A stretch of 64,000 nucleotides of DNA from Bacteroidota bacterium (GTDB taxonomy: Bacteria; Bacteroidota; Ignavibacteria; UBA10030; UBA8401), in assembly GCA_041665525.1 (NCBI GenBank), contig JBAYIS010000001.1:215418-279417 (forward strand). The letters run 5' to 3'. Of this stretch, positions 47,022-55,687 are shown piece after piece; the first letter of the stretch is position 1, and every line of letters begins with the position of its first letter. Both the position numbers and the translations under genes were made by a program. Under the pieces are notes generated by a model. It was not told where the DNA came from. It searched no databases and was given only the letters and a program-made list of their open reading frames with translations.

Positions 47022-48143
47022 GTGAAGTTTACCCTCGTCCATACAGATGCATCTGCGCGCGCAGGTGTTTTGGAAACAGATCACGGCGTCATCGAGACGC
47101 CGATTTTTATGCCTGTGGGGACGCAAGGGACGGTGAAGGCCGTCGAACAGCGTGAATTGGTCGAACTCGGAGCACAGATCATTCTGGGTAACACGTATCA
47201 CCTGTATCTTCGACCCGGTATAGAAGTGATGAAAGCAATGGGCGGGCTCCATTCGTTCATGAACTGGAAACGGCCAATTTTGACGGACAGTGGTGGGTAT
47301 CAAGTTTTTTCATTAACGGAACTTCGTAAGATCACAAAGGACGGTGTTACATTCAAATCCCATTTGGACGGATCGTTACATTTCTTCACTCCGCAAAAAG
47401 TGGTAGAAATCCAGCGGGCGATCGGTTCTGATATTATGATGGTTCTCGATGAATGTCCACCTTATCCATGTGATGAGGAATATGCACGCGAATCGAACAA
47501 GTTGACGGTAAAATGGGCAGCACTCTGTCAACAGGAGTTGAACAATACTCAGCCGTATTACGGCCACCAACAGTCGCTGTTTGCTATCGTGCAGGGAAGT
47601 GTCTTCAAAAATATCCGCAGCGACAGCGCGAAAGCGCTGACAGATTTGAATTTCGAGGGTTACGCCATCGGCGGATTGGCGGTGGGAGAACCCGCTGAAA
47701 CGATGTATGAAATGACCGAGTTTACCACGCAATTCCTCCCGAAAGAGAAACCGCGATATTTGATGGGAGTCGGAACACCGGAAAATTTGTTGGAAAGTAT
47801 CGAGCGCGGAGTGGACATGTTCGATTGTGTGATGCCCACGCGGAACGGACGGAACGGAATGGTCTTTACTCGGTACGGTAGGCTGAACATGCGGAATGCA
47901 AAGTGGAAGATGGATGATGCACCGCTGGACGGTAATTTTGAAAGTTATACAAATAAGAATTTTTCGCGGGGATATCTGCGTCATCTTTTTCAGGTGGACG
48001 AAATTCTCGCACTGCAGCTTGCTTCAATCCACAATCTGGCATTTTACCTATGGCTGATGCGTGAAGCACGAAAGAATATCCTTGGCGGAACGTTTTTTGT
48101 CTGGAAGAAAGAAATGCTGGAAATGATGGCATCACAAATGTAA
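47022..48143 (+). CDS. tgt: tRNA-guanine transglycosylase (queuine tRNA-ribosyltransferase)
   Basis: TPIFMPVGTQGTVK, LTDSGGYQVFSL and GLAVGE motifs. Confidence 0.9.
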   Translation: MKFTLVHTDASARAGVLETDHGVIETPIFMPVGTQGTVKAVEQRELVELGAQIILGNTYHLYLRPGIEVMKAMGGLHSFMNWKRPILTDSGGYQVFSLTELRKITKDGVTFKSHLDGSLHFFTPQKVVEIQRAIGSDIMMVLDECPPYPCDEEYARESNKLTVKWAALCQQELNNTQPYYGHQQSLFAIVQGSVFKNIRSDSAKALTDLNFEGYAIGGLAVGEPAETMYEMTEFTTQFLPKEKPRYLMGVGTPENLLESIERGVDMFDCVMPTRNGRNGMVFTRYGRLNMRNAKWKMDDAPLDGNFESYTNKNFSRGYLRHLFQVDEILALQLASIHNLAFYLWLMREARKNILGGTFFVWKKEMLEMMASQM

Positions 48144-48184
48144 TTTCATAAGACAACAACTATCACACAGAAGAAGGAATAGAC

Positions 48185-48520
48185 ATGCTTAGTTTAATTT
48201 TTGCAATGGCACCAGCACAGCAAGGGCAGGGCGGCGGTGAAATCTACAGTACGCTCATTATGTTTGCACTGATCATCGGTATTTTTTATTTCATGATTAT
48301 CCGTCCGCAACAAAAACGGCAGAAAGAACGCGAAGCGCTGCTGGGCCAGATTAAAAAAGGGGATAAGATCATAACCGCAGGCGGCATTCACGGAGAGGTT
48401 ATCGGTGTGGATGAAAAGACACTGTTGATTGAAATAGCGGACAAAGTAAAAGTGAAAATTGAACGGAATTCCATTTCCGTGGTGAACAAACAGGGTGAAG
48501 TAGAAAGCATGACAAAGTAA
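48185..48520 (+). CDS. yajC: Preprotein translocase subunit YajC
   Basis: 111 aa. One TM helix followed by [11 protein letters not shown]...[14 protein letters not shown]. Confidence 0.85.
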   Translation: MLSLIFAMAPAQQGQGGGEIYSTLIMFALIIGIFYFMIIRPQQKRQKEREALLGQIKKGDKIITAGGIHGEVIGVDEKTLLIEIADKVKVKIERNSISVVNKQGEVESMTK

Positions 48521-49734
48521 TGCGCTCAAGCCTGAACACAATTGATGAAGCAATCGCCGATCTTCGCGCCGGGAAGACCATTATCGTGGTGGATAATGAG
48601 GACCGGGAAAATGAGGGAGATTTCATAGCGGCTGCCGAATCGATCACTCCGGAAACGGTGAATTTCTTCGTAAAGCATGGACGCGGAATTCTTTGCGCAT
48701 CCATCTCTGCAAAGCGGGCGGCCGAACTCCATCTTGAACCGATGGTGGAGAATAACACCTCGCTTCACGAAACTCCCTTTACCGTCCCGATCGATTATCT
48801 GCACGGAACATCGACCGGTGTTTCTGCCTCCGATCGCGCAAAAACGATTAAAGCATTGACCGATCCACAGACGAAGGGTAATGACTTCGGTAGGCCAGGT
48901 CATATCTTCCCGCTTCGCGCTGTAGATGGGGGCGTTCTTCGTCGTGCAGGACATACGGAAGCAGTCGTCGATCTTTGTACATTAGCGGGATTATATCCCG
49001 CCGGCGCATTGGTGGAGATTATGAATGACGATGGAACGATGGCACGGCTTCCTGAATTAACGAAGATCGCAAAGCAGTTTAATCTGAAAATTGTATCAAT
49101 CGAAGACCTTGTGGAGTATCGCCGTCATCGCGAAAAACTGGTGGAGAAGGTAGTTTCGACATTCCTACCGACAATGAATGGCAAGTTCGATGTCCATTTG
49201 TATCAATCATCAATCGATTCAAAGGAACACATCGCGCTCGTAAAAGGGAAGATTGACACATCGCAGGCCGTACTTGTCCGTGTCCATTCCGAGTGTCTTA
49301 CCGGCGATGTCTTTGGTTCTCAGCGATGCGATTGCAACGAACAACTGCATACCTCCATGGCAGTCATTGAAAAAGAAGGGAATGGTATAATCCTCTACAT
49401 GAGGCAGGAGGGACGAGGAATCGGATTGTTGAACAAACTGAAGGCATACAAGTTACAGGATGAAGGGAAAGATACGGTCGAAGCGAATGAGGCGCTTGGT
49501 TTTCACGCAGATGTTCGTGACTACAGTCTTGCGGCACAGATACTACTCGACCTCGGCGTGAAGAAAGTTCGTTTACTCACGAACAATCCGAAAAAAATCG
49601 TTGGACTGAAGGGGTACGGTATTGAAGTGGTTGAACGGATATCGATTGAAGTAAAGGCAACAAGTTCGAATGAGCGCTACCTAAAAACAAAACGGGATAA
49701 GCTCGGTCATCTGATTATGGCGGATAGCAAGTAA
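48520..49734 (+). CDS. ribBA: Bifunctional 3,4-dihydroxy-2-butanone-4-phosphate synthase / GTP cyclohydrolase II
   Basis: DRENEGDFI (RibB) and [17 protein letters not shown] (RibA zinc site). The start overlaps the yajC stop. Confidence 0.9.
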   Translation: MRSSLNTIDEAIADLRAGKTIIVVDNEDRENEGDFIAAAESITPETVNFFVKHGRGILCASISAKRAAELHLEPMVENNTSLHETPFTVPIDYLHGTSTGVSASDRAKTIKALTDPQTKGNDFGRPGHIFPLRAVDGGVLRRAGHTEAVVDLCTLAGLYPAGALVEIMNDDGTMARLPELTKIAKQFNLKIVSIEDLVEYRRHREKLVEKVVSTFLPTMNGKFDVHLYQSSIDSKEHIALVKGKIDTSQAVLVRVHSECLTGDVFGSQRCDCNEQLHTSMAVIEKEGNGIILYMRQEGRGIGLLNKLKAYKLQDEGKDTVEANEALGFHADVRDYSLAAQILLDLGVKKVRLLTNNPKKIVGLKGYGIEVVERISIEVKATSSNERYLKTKRDKLGHLIMADSK

Positions 49735-49785
49735 AAATTTCTTGCATCTGCTGGGATTTTCTTCTACATTGATAATAATAAAATC

Positions 49786-49821
49786 AGCCATTGTCCATTA
49801 CGGACGATGGCTTTTGTTTTT
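49786..49821 (+). terminator. Rho-independent terminator after ribBA
   Basis: AGCCATTG...CGATGGCT forms an 8-bp stem with one G-U pair and is followed by TTTGTTTTT. Confidence 0.55.
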
Positions 49822-49851
49822 CATATCCATAAACAAAGTTGTCGGATTTTT

Positions 49852-50325
49852 ATGAGTGATGTTGTTTATTTGACCAAAGAAAAATTTATCGCGCTGGAAG
49901 CAGACTTGCGCGACATGAAGATTAACGGCCGCAAAACAGTGGCTGCCAAGATCGCTGAAGCGCGCGGTCACGGTGACCTAAGCGAAAATGCTGAATACGA
50001 TGCGGCACGGGAAGAACAGCGCCATCTGGAATATCGTATCGCAAAACTGGAAGAAACCCTTTCGAAATCGCGAGTGATTGACAGCAAAGATTTGCCGAAT
50101 GATAAAGTGTATATTCTCTCCAAAGTAACGGTAAAAGAACAAAAGACTTCCAAAAAGATTGAATACTTGCTTGTTTCTCCGGAAGAAGCGGATTTTGAGA
50201 AGAATAAAATCTCCACAACATCACCCATCGGAAAAGGATTGATGGGAAAAAAAGTTGGGGAGATAGCAGAAATTAAAGTCCCCGCAGGGATATTGAAGTA
50301 CGAGATTGTCGAAATTTCTCGGTAA
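49852..50325 (+). CDS. greA: Transcription elongation factor GreA
   Basis: LTKEKFIALEADLRDMK...GDLSENAEYDAAREEQ. I trimmed the start to the ATG at 49852, downstream of the terminator. Confidence 0.9.
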   Translation: MSDVVYLTKEKFIALEADLRDMKINGRKTVAAKIAEARGHGDLSENAEYDAAREEQRHLEYRIAKLEETLSKSRVIDSKDLPNDKVYILSKVTVKEQKTSKKIEYLLVSPEEADFEKNKISTTSPIGKGLMGKKVGEIAEIKVPAGILKYEIVEISR

Positions 50326-50362
50326 CAGTATTGTTAACCTTGACTTATGGGGAACAGTTCAG

Positions 50363-50370
50363 TATATTTG
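50363..50370 (+). promoter_or_regulatory. TATATTTG, matching the Bacteroidetes-type -7 promoter motif TAnnTTTG, upstream of the tRNA cluster
   Basis: Exact match to TAnnTTTG, 62 nt upstream of tRNA-Gly. The identical octamer precedes tRNA-Ser at 58042. Confidence 0.3.
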
Positions 50371-50432
50371 TATCAGTTTTAGAGATAAGAACTCGGTAAT
50401 ACAGTCGTTCAAAGGATCAAAAAAGAGATAAT

Positions 50433-50505
<73 letters not shown>

Positions 50506-50518
50506 CGAAACACAAGAG

Positions 50519-50550
50519 CCCGTCCCAGTTTTCGGACGGGATTTTCGTTT
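50519..50550 (+). terminator. Terminator-like hairpin between tRNA-Gly and tRNA-Cys
   Basis: CCCGTCC-CAGTTTTC-GGACGGG is followed by ATTTTCGTTT. Confidence 0.4.
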
Positions 50551-50622
50551 GGCGCCGTACCCAAGTGGTAAGGGAGAGGTCTGCAAAACCTTTATGCATC
50601 AGTTCGAATCTGATCGGCGCCT
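50551..50622 (+). tRNA. tRNA-Cys (GCA)
   Basis: Acceptor GGCGCCG/CGGCGCC, anticodon loop CTGCAAA, T-loop TTCGAAT. Confidence 0.9.
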
Positions 50623-50712
50623 CAGAAAATTGTTAAATTGAGAAACTAGGTAATTTGAATATTGTATATCGTCAATTTATCAGTTTTTAAATTTACCAAT
50701 TTCTAAATTCCC

Positions 50713-50802
50713 TGCCGGAGTGGCGGAATTGGTAGACGCACAGGACTTAAAATCCTGAGGGGCGCAAGCTCCGTGCCGGTTCGAGTCCGGCCTTCGGTAC
50801 CA
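50713..50802 (+). tRNA. tRNA-Leu (TAA), class II with long variable arm, CCA encoded
   Basis: Acceptor GCCGGAG/CTTCGGT, anticodon loop CTTAAAA, T-loop TTCGAGT, followed by ACCA. Confidence 0.9.
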
Positions 50803-50840
50803 AAAATAGTATTTGCTTTCATTCATGAATTTGCTACATT

Positions 50841-50923
50841 GCGGAAGTGGTGGAATTGGCAGACACACCATCTTGAGGGGGTGGCGCCCAAAAGGCGTGC
50901 GGGTTCAAGTCCCGCCTTCCGCA
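50841..50923 (+). tRNA. tRNA-Leu (GAG), class II
   Basis: Acceptor GCGGAAG/CTTCCGC, anticodon loop TTGAGGG, T-loop TTCAAGT. Confidence 0.85.
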
Positions 50924-50946
50924 CAAATTACCAAACCAGAGTGATC

Positions 50947-51342
50947 ATGAGATTGTTGATTACATTGCTTATTGCTTCAATAACGATTTCTTTCGCCGAT
51001 GTTTTCCGCGAAGGCTCGTTACAGGGACGCAGTGACGGTAACAATGTCATCGTTCAATGGGGTTCCAAGGATGAGTCCCTGGTAAAAGAATACAAGATTG
51101 AACGACGCAGCGGAACAACAGGGGAATTCATCACAATCGGTATCGTCCGGAAGAAAGGCTCGAACTCCTACTACGAGTACATCGATCGAACAGCATTCAA
51201 ATCGACGGGTAGTATCTATCAATATAGGATTCACTGTGTTTCCTTCTCCGGCGGAGCGGAAATATCGAGCATCATCACCATTTCCCATAATGTCTCCAGT
51301 GTAAAACGGACCTGGGGAAGTCTGAAGGCGATGTTCCGGTAA
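50947..51342 (+). CDS. Small secreted protein with Ig/FN3-like sequence character and basic-aromatic C-terminal tail (hypothetical)
   Basis: Signal peptide MRLLITLLIASITISFA. I trimmed the ORF-track extension that overlaps tRNA-Leu. The protein ends ...VKRTWGSLKAMFR. Confidence 0.5.
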   Translation: MRLLITLLIASITISFADVFREGSLQGRSDGNNVIVQWGSKDESLVKEYKIERRSGTTGEFITIGIVRKKGSNSYYEYIDRTAFKSTGSIYQYRIHCVSFSGGAEISSIITISHNVSSVKRTWGSLKAMFR

Positions 51343-51364
51343 TCGGAACGAACATCAGTGTAAG

Positions 51365-51391
51365 GCGATTCTCATGAATCGCTTTTTTTTT
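51365..51391 (+). terminator. Rho-independent terminator
   Basis: GCGATTC-TCAT-GAATCGC is followed by nine T. Confidence 0.65.
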
Positions 51392-51402
51392 GTACGATTT
51401 TA

Positions 51403-52011
51403 ATGATCAAAACCACAGTTCCAATCATTCTTGCTTCACAATCTCCTCGGAGGGCCCATCTGTTAAGCCAGATTGGTCTAACGTTCTCCATTCAACCAAG
51501 TAATGTTCACGAAGAAATCGATCCAGCTGCGACTTCGGAAGAGAATGTGAAACGGCTTTCGCTGCATAAAGCACAGCAGGTCGCGGAAACTGTGCATGAA
51601 GGAATCGTGATCGGTTCCGATACGATCGTTGTCATCGAAGATATGGTGCTGGGAAAGCCGGAGTCCGGAGAGAATGCGAAGGAAATGCTCCGGAGCCTCA
51701 GCGGACGAACACACACAGTGTTTACAGGATTCGCTTTGGTTGATGCACATTCGAAAAAATCCTATATTGACGTCGAAAAAACGAATGTCACATTCCGGGA
51801 ATTGAGCGAAATTGAGATCGCGGAGTATGTCGCATCAGGATCGCCAATGGATAAAGCGGGAGCCTACGGAATTCAAGATGATTTCGGAGCCGTCTTCGTG
51901 GAACGCATCGCAGGGGATTATAATACGGTTGTTGGATTTCCGCTGGCGAAGTTCTATCTTGCGTTAATATCATTTGCCCGGAAACTCGGATATTTGAAAG
52001 GATCTGTATGA
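51403..52011 (+). CDS. maf: Maf-like nucleoside triphosphate pyrophosphatase
   Basis: [14 protein letters not shown]...GAYGIQD. Confidence 0.85.
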   Translation: MIKTTVPIILASQSPRRAHLLSQIGLTFSIQPSNVHEEIDPAATSEENVKRLSLHKAQQVAETVHEGIVIGSDTIVVIEDMVLGKPESGENAKEMLRSLSGRTHTVFTGFALVDAHSKKSYIDVEKTNVTFRELSEIEIAEYVASGSPMDKAGAYGIQDDFGAVFVERIAGDYNTVVGFPLAKFYLALISFARKLGYLKGSV

Positions 52012-52409
52012 CTCAAAAACTTCGCGTATTGATCGCAAAAGCCGGATTGGACGGCCATGACCGCGGCGCAAAAGTGATCGCAGCTGCATTGCGTGATGCC
52101 GGCATGGAAGTAATTTACACCGGACTCCGAAAGACCCCGGAAGCAATCGTCGAAGCAGCACTGCAAGAGGATGTTCATGCCGTCGGTATCAGTTCTCTCA
52201 GCGGCGCTCACATGACAATCTTTCCCAAGGTGAAAAATCTGATGAAAGAGAAAGGGATGGATGACGTGTTGTTGTTCGGAGGAGGGATTGTGCCGCAGGA
52301 GGATATTTTGAAACTGAAGGAGATGGGGATCGGCGAGATTTTTACTCCCGGTGCATCAACATTCGCAATAGTCGATTATATTAAGAACACATTCAAGATT
52401 CCAGCTTAA
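52008..52409 (+). CDS. Cobalamin-binding domain protein (methylmalonyl-CoA mutase C-terminal domain type)
   Basis: [34 protein letters not shown] contains the DxHxxG B12-binding motif. It overlaps maf by 4 nt. Confidence 0.8.
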   Translation: MTQKLRVLIAKAGLDGHDRGAKVIAAALRDAGMEVIYTGLRKTPEAIVEAALQEDVHAVGISSLSGAHMTIFPKVKNLMKEKGMDDVLLFGGGIVPQEDILKLKEMGIGEIFTPGASTFAIVDYIKNTFKIPA

Positions 52410-54763
52410 CTTTCGGTATCATCGAATTCAATGGAATAATTCTCATCTTTTGATTCTTCTGGTTCGGTACTCTTTTCCTGACGATTGACGATGACAATTG
52501 CTGTCGGATCGAACCCGAAGAGATCTTCCGTGGAAAATATCGCCGAGTAACCACGTTCATCGAAGAACAATTCAAATTTTTTCGAAAACTCTTCCAATCG
52601 TCGTAAATAAAACTCCGTATTCTCGTCTGGGAAATTAGCATCCCACTCATGCGCTTCCTTTGCATTCTCGAATCCCTTTACATTCGATTCGGAGCCGGTG
52701 ATGTAATAACTGATCCTGCTGCCGAGTTTGTATTTCCGGGAAGATCGAAGTGCCAATTCATAGGATGCTGCACGGTTGCGTCGGTCCGCTGCAATGTCTT
52801 CCGTATACTGCTCCAGCGAGTCCTTCAGGACTTCCGTTTTTGCAAAATCGGCAATGTCCAATCCGTGTTCTCGGATAGTTTTTTCCAGTTCCATATACAG
52901 ATTGTGCAGATCCTGAATCCGGTCATTCAATAAATGATCGATGCATTGATGCAGATAACTTCGTCCGAAGCGTTCAATTGAACGCGAAATCAGGGAGGAT
53001 CCTTTGATCACAATGCGGTTATCAAAATGCAAAAGAGCATAATTTTTCTTTTTGTAGCTCATAATCTTCCGGAAGCGGCCGTTGAATCCCAGATTGATCC
53101 CTTCCGGCAGTGTTTCGGAGAGATGTTCCACAAATTTTCTTTCGGCTTCTTCGCCGATAACATTGTCCGGTGGAATGAAGAATATCCCATCGGTGTCCAC
53201 TTCGATAACGGTGCCGTTATGGACTTCGATCTCTCGGATTAATTTACGCAGCAATTCCTGTCCGGTTTTGGTGATAAAATCCGCCTGCAGATAATCATTG
53301 AACAATCCCTTTCCGTACCCGAGATAACCGTAAAAGGAATTGATCAGGATTTTAAAGGAGGATTGCATCGCATCAAGTGTGGAACGAGTTTGTTCATTCT
53401 CTGCAGATACCATCGCTCGTTTTGTTTCCAGGCGCAGTGTTGTTAGAAAACGGAGCGCAGATTGGAAAACACCCAGTTCGTCCGTGATCGGTTTTACATT
53501 GCGTGAGATCATGATAGAAGGATACAACGATTCAACGTCTGCATGGACGATGGGACTAAAGATACCGGTATAAAAAATATCTGTATAGCCGCCGGTGGTT
53601 TGAAATCCCTTTTGCGGTTTTGGGATAGAATGCCGTTGTTTGATATATTCGCGAAGAAAGATCGATTCAATTTTTGCTGCTGATCCAAGTTTGGCGACAG
53701 TACCGTAATTGAATGGGAGCATCTGCGTTAGATAAAACGTGCTACCGGAAAGTTTTTCGCTGAGTCCTCTTGTCTCAACAACATCATCAAGTGCATACCG
53801 TTTTAAAGTTTCTACATCATTATCCCAGTACCAGGAAATCTTGTCGCCGGGAATGTATGTGCGTTCCGATGAGGCAAGGCCAAAGTATTTTGCGGCATAC
53901 TTCAAACCGTGACTTTCCATATTTCGTTTCGTCATATCATAGGATTGTACGAGCAGCCAAGTATCAACGATATGCCTTCCGGCTACTTCGTAACTGGTGT
54001 ATTCCACGGCATTCTCCGCGAAAGAGGTGCGAGAACGGAATCCGGCAGGGACAGAACCGTCGCGGCCGATGGTGAATTCAATCCCGTTCAATTCGCATCT
54101 GCGAAGAATATACGGCAGATCGAAATTAAAGATGTTGTGTCCTTCAATGAAGTCCGGATTTTTTTCCTTGATCAGTTTGATGCATTGCTGAAGCAGTTTC
54201 TTCTCGGGGACGCTCTTCCCGCCGAGTACCGTTTCAAATCCGCGGTTATCGGAAAGGGAGATCAGAATGATTCGATCATCTTTTTTTTCCGCTCGGCTGA
54301 ACCGGTAGTCTTTGGAGTACGTTTCGATATCGATCTGCAATCGATGAAGGTCTTTAAATGCCATTCCTTTAAACAGTGTCTTGCCGCTTTGCAGCAAATA
54401 TTGCGTGTTCATATCCGGCCGGAGAAAAATATGTTCCGTGTCCAGATACGAATTGTAATTAGTCTTAAATTCTTTTGTAATTTGCCGGAGGACATAATTC
54501 ACTGCATCCCATAACAGAGGGACGGAAGGAAAAACGCACAGATACTGGTAGAAGCTTGTCCCATCCAGTTTCTTCAGCCAGAATTTTTCCGGGAAATGTT
54601 CAATAAATCGTTTGTCGGAAAGATGAAAGAAGGGATAGAATTCTTCGTCACGGAAGTGAATCAATCCGTCGGATCGTTTGTAGATCCGCACGGAGGAGTC
54701 GGTGTGTGCATGGACTGCAACAATATCCGTCTCGTTATCATGACCGGAAAGGATGGGATTCAT
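52406..54763 (-). CDS. polB: Family-B DNA polymerase (Pol II type)
   Basis: Exonuclease motifs [14 protein letters not shown] and YALDDV. Polymerase motifs [20 protein letters not shown] and VDTDG. 785 aa. Confidence 0.85.
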   Translation of the reverse strand: MNPILSGHDNETDIVAVHAHTDSSVRIYKRSDGLIHFRDEEFYPFFHLSDKRFIEHFPEKFWLKKLDGTSFYQYLCVFPSVPLLWDAVNYVLRQITKEFKTNYNSYLDTEHIFLRPDMNTQYLLQSGKTLFKGMAFKDLHRLQIDIETYSKDYRFSRAEKKDDRIILISLSDNRGFETVLGGKSVPEKKLLQQCIKLIKEKNPDFIEGHNIFNFDLPYILRRCELNGIEFTIGRDGSVPAGFRSRTSFAENAVEYTSYEVAGRHIVDTWLLVQSYDMTKRNMESHGLKYAAKYFGLASSERTYIPGDKISWYWDNDVETLKRYALDDVVETRGLSEKLSGSTFYLTQMLPFNYGTVAKLGSAAKIESIFLREYIKQRHSIPKPQKGFQTTGGYTDIFYTGIFSPIVHADVESLYPSIMISRNVKPITDELGVFQSALRFLTTLRLETKRAMVSAENEQTRSTLDAMQSSFKILINSFYGYLGYGKGLFNDYLQADFITKTGQELLRKLIREIEVHNGTVIEVDTDGIFFIPPDNVIGEEAERKFVEHLSETLPEGINLGFNGRFRKIMSYKKKNYALLHFDNRIVIKGSSLISRSIERFGRSYLHQCIDHLLNDRIQDLHNLYMELEKTIREHGLDIADFAKTEVLKDSLEQYTEDIAADRRNRAASYELALRSSRKYKLGSRISYYITGSESNVKGFENAKEAHEWDANFPDENTEFYLRRLEEFSKKFELFFDERGYSAIFSTEDLFGFDPTAIVIVNRQEKSTEPEESKDENYSIEFDDTES

Positions 54764-54791
54764 AGTGCCGGAATATAATAATCTTCTTCAT

Positions 54792-54823
54792 AAAAAAAGG
54801 ATTGTGGTTGCACACAATCCTTT
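54792..54823 (-). terminator. Rho-independent terminator after the DUF4249-like gene
   Basis: The reverse strand reads AAAGGATTGTG-TGCAAC-CACAATCCTTT followed by a T run. Confidence 0.6.
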
Positions 54824-54846
54824 CATACAACGCTGCAGGGCAAATG

Positions 54847-55683
54847 TTATGGCGTAATATAGACGGTAATACTCCCTTTTGCCTTAGTTCTGGCTCCAAA
54901 AACGCCCAAGCCTCCCCGAATACTGTATCGGATTTCGCGTAATTCGCCACCTTGCGCAGCGGCAAACTGGTTCAGAAATTGTGTGTAATTCTCATCAACG
55001 GCATAGATATCGAATCTCGTTGTTCCAAAGTAACCGAGAAAGATCCAGGGTAATTCGGTATACGTTTGTTCTTTCGGAAGCCCGATGCGGTATCCGATTT
55101 TGTCGGGAGGTGGGAATCCTGTGGTATCCCGGATAAATGATTTCGGTATTCTCGCAGCAGCGGAATCAACGCTTGTGACTGTCGGAAGATATGTACCATG
55201 CAATCTGCTAGGTGTCCATGCAAAGAAATTTACTGGATTTTCGGTATTATACCGAATGACACTGTTGTTAATGACTGTTGCAAAGATCATGCTAAATGTA
55301 TCCGGCACGGTGGCAATTGCCGTGACCGATTTACCGTCTGCCGTTTTGATATCTAAGCTGTACGTTTTGGTCGCCTGAATCACTTTCGTCGTATCCTTTG
55401 AATAGTAACGGCCGGGATTTATTGGATCGTGAACAAGCGTGTCGATGAATGCAACATCGGTGCCGATAATCCGAACAACGGCGTTCGTAATTGCATAGGA
55501 TGAGGGATTGTACACTTTGTCCACTTCGCCGGTGTAGACCAGTTTGACGGTGTCGACCGAACGGCCCGCTTCAATCAAACCGGTAACGACGATTTGTTTG
55601 TCGTATGCAAAGGGTGATGCGGACTCATCACAGCCGATCACAGAGATTGAGATAATAATAATCGAGTACAGTAAGTTTTTCAT
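54847..55683 (-). CDS. DUF4249-like lipoprotein (partner of the TonB-dependent receptor)
   Basis: Lipobox ISVIGC, ~280 aa, 5 nt downstream of the receptor gene. Family assigned from memory of the typical receptor/DUF4249 pairing. Confidence 0.5.
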   Translation of the reverse strand: MKNLLYSIIIISISVIGCDESASPFAYDKQIVVTGLIEAGRSVDTVKLVYTGEVDKVYNPSSYAITNAVVRIIGTDVAFIDTLVHDPINPGRYYSKDTTKVIQATKTYSLDIKTADGKSVTAIATVPDTFSMIFATVINNSVIRYNTENPVNFFAWTPSRLHGTYLPTVTSVDSAAARIPKSFIRDTTGFPPPDKIGYRIGLPKEQTYTELPWIFLGYFGTTRFDIYAVDENYTQFLNQFAAAQGGELREIRYSIRGGLGVFGARTKAKGSITVYITP

Positions 55684-55687
55684 ACGA

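Noticed and set aside
48480-48520. An FMN riboswitch in front of ribBA.
   Set aside because: The ribBA start overlaps the yajC stop codon, so there is no leader region to hold a riboswitch.
50773-50946. N-terminal extensions offered by the ORF track. Examples are 50773-51342 running through tRNA-Leu, 49807 for greA, 46389 for the cNMP protein, 10394 for the YpdA-like gene, 58335 and 58850 for the peroxiredoxins, 62498 for the Spy-like gene and 13442 for alr.
   Set aside because: The extensions overlap tRNAs, terminator hairpins or upstream genes. Internal ATGs with an RBS give N-termini typical of each family or clean signal peptides. I trimmed the starts accordingly.
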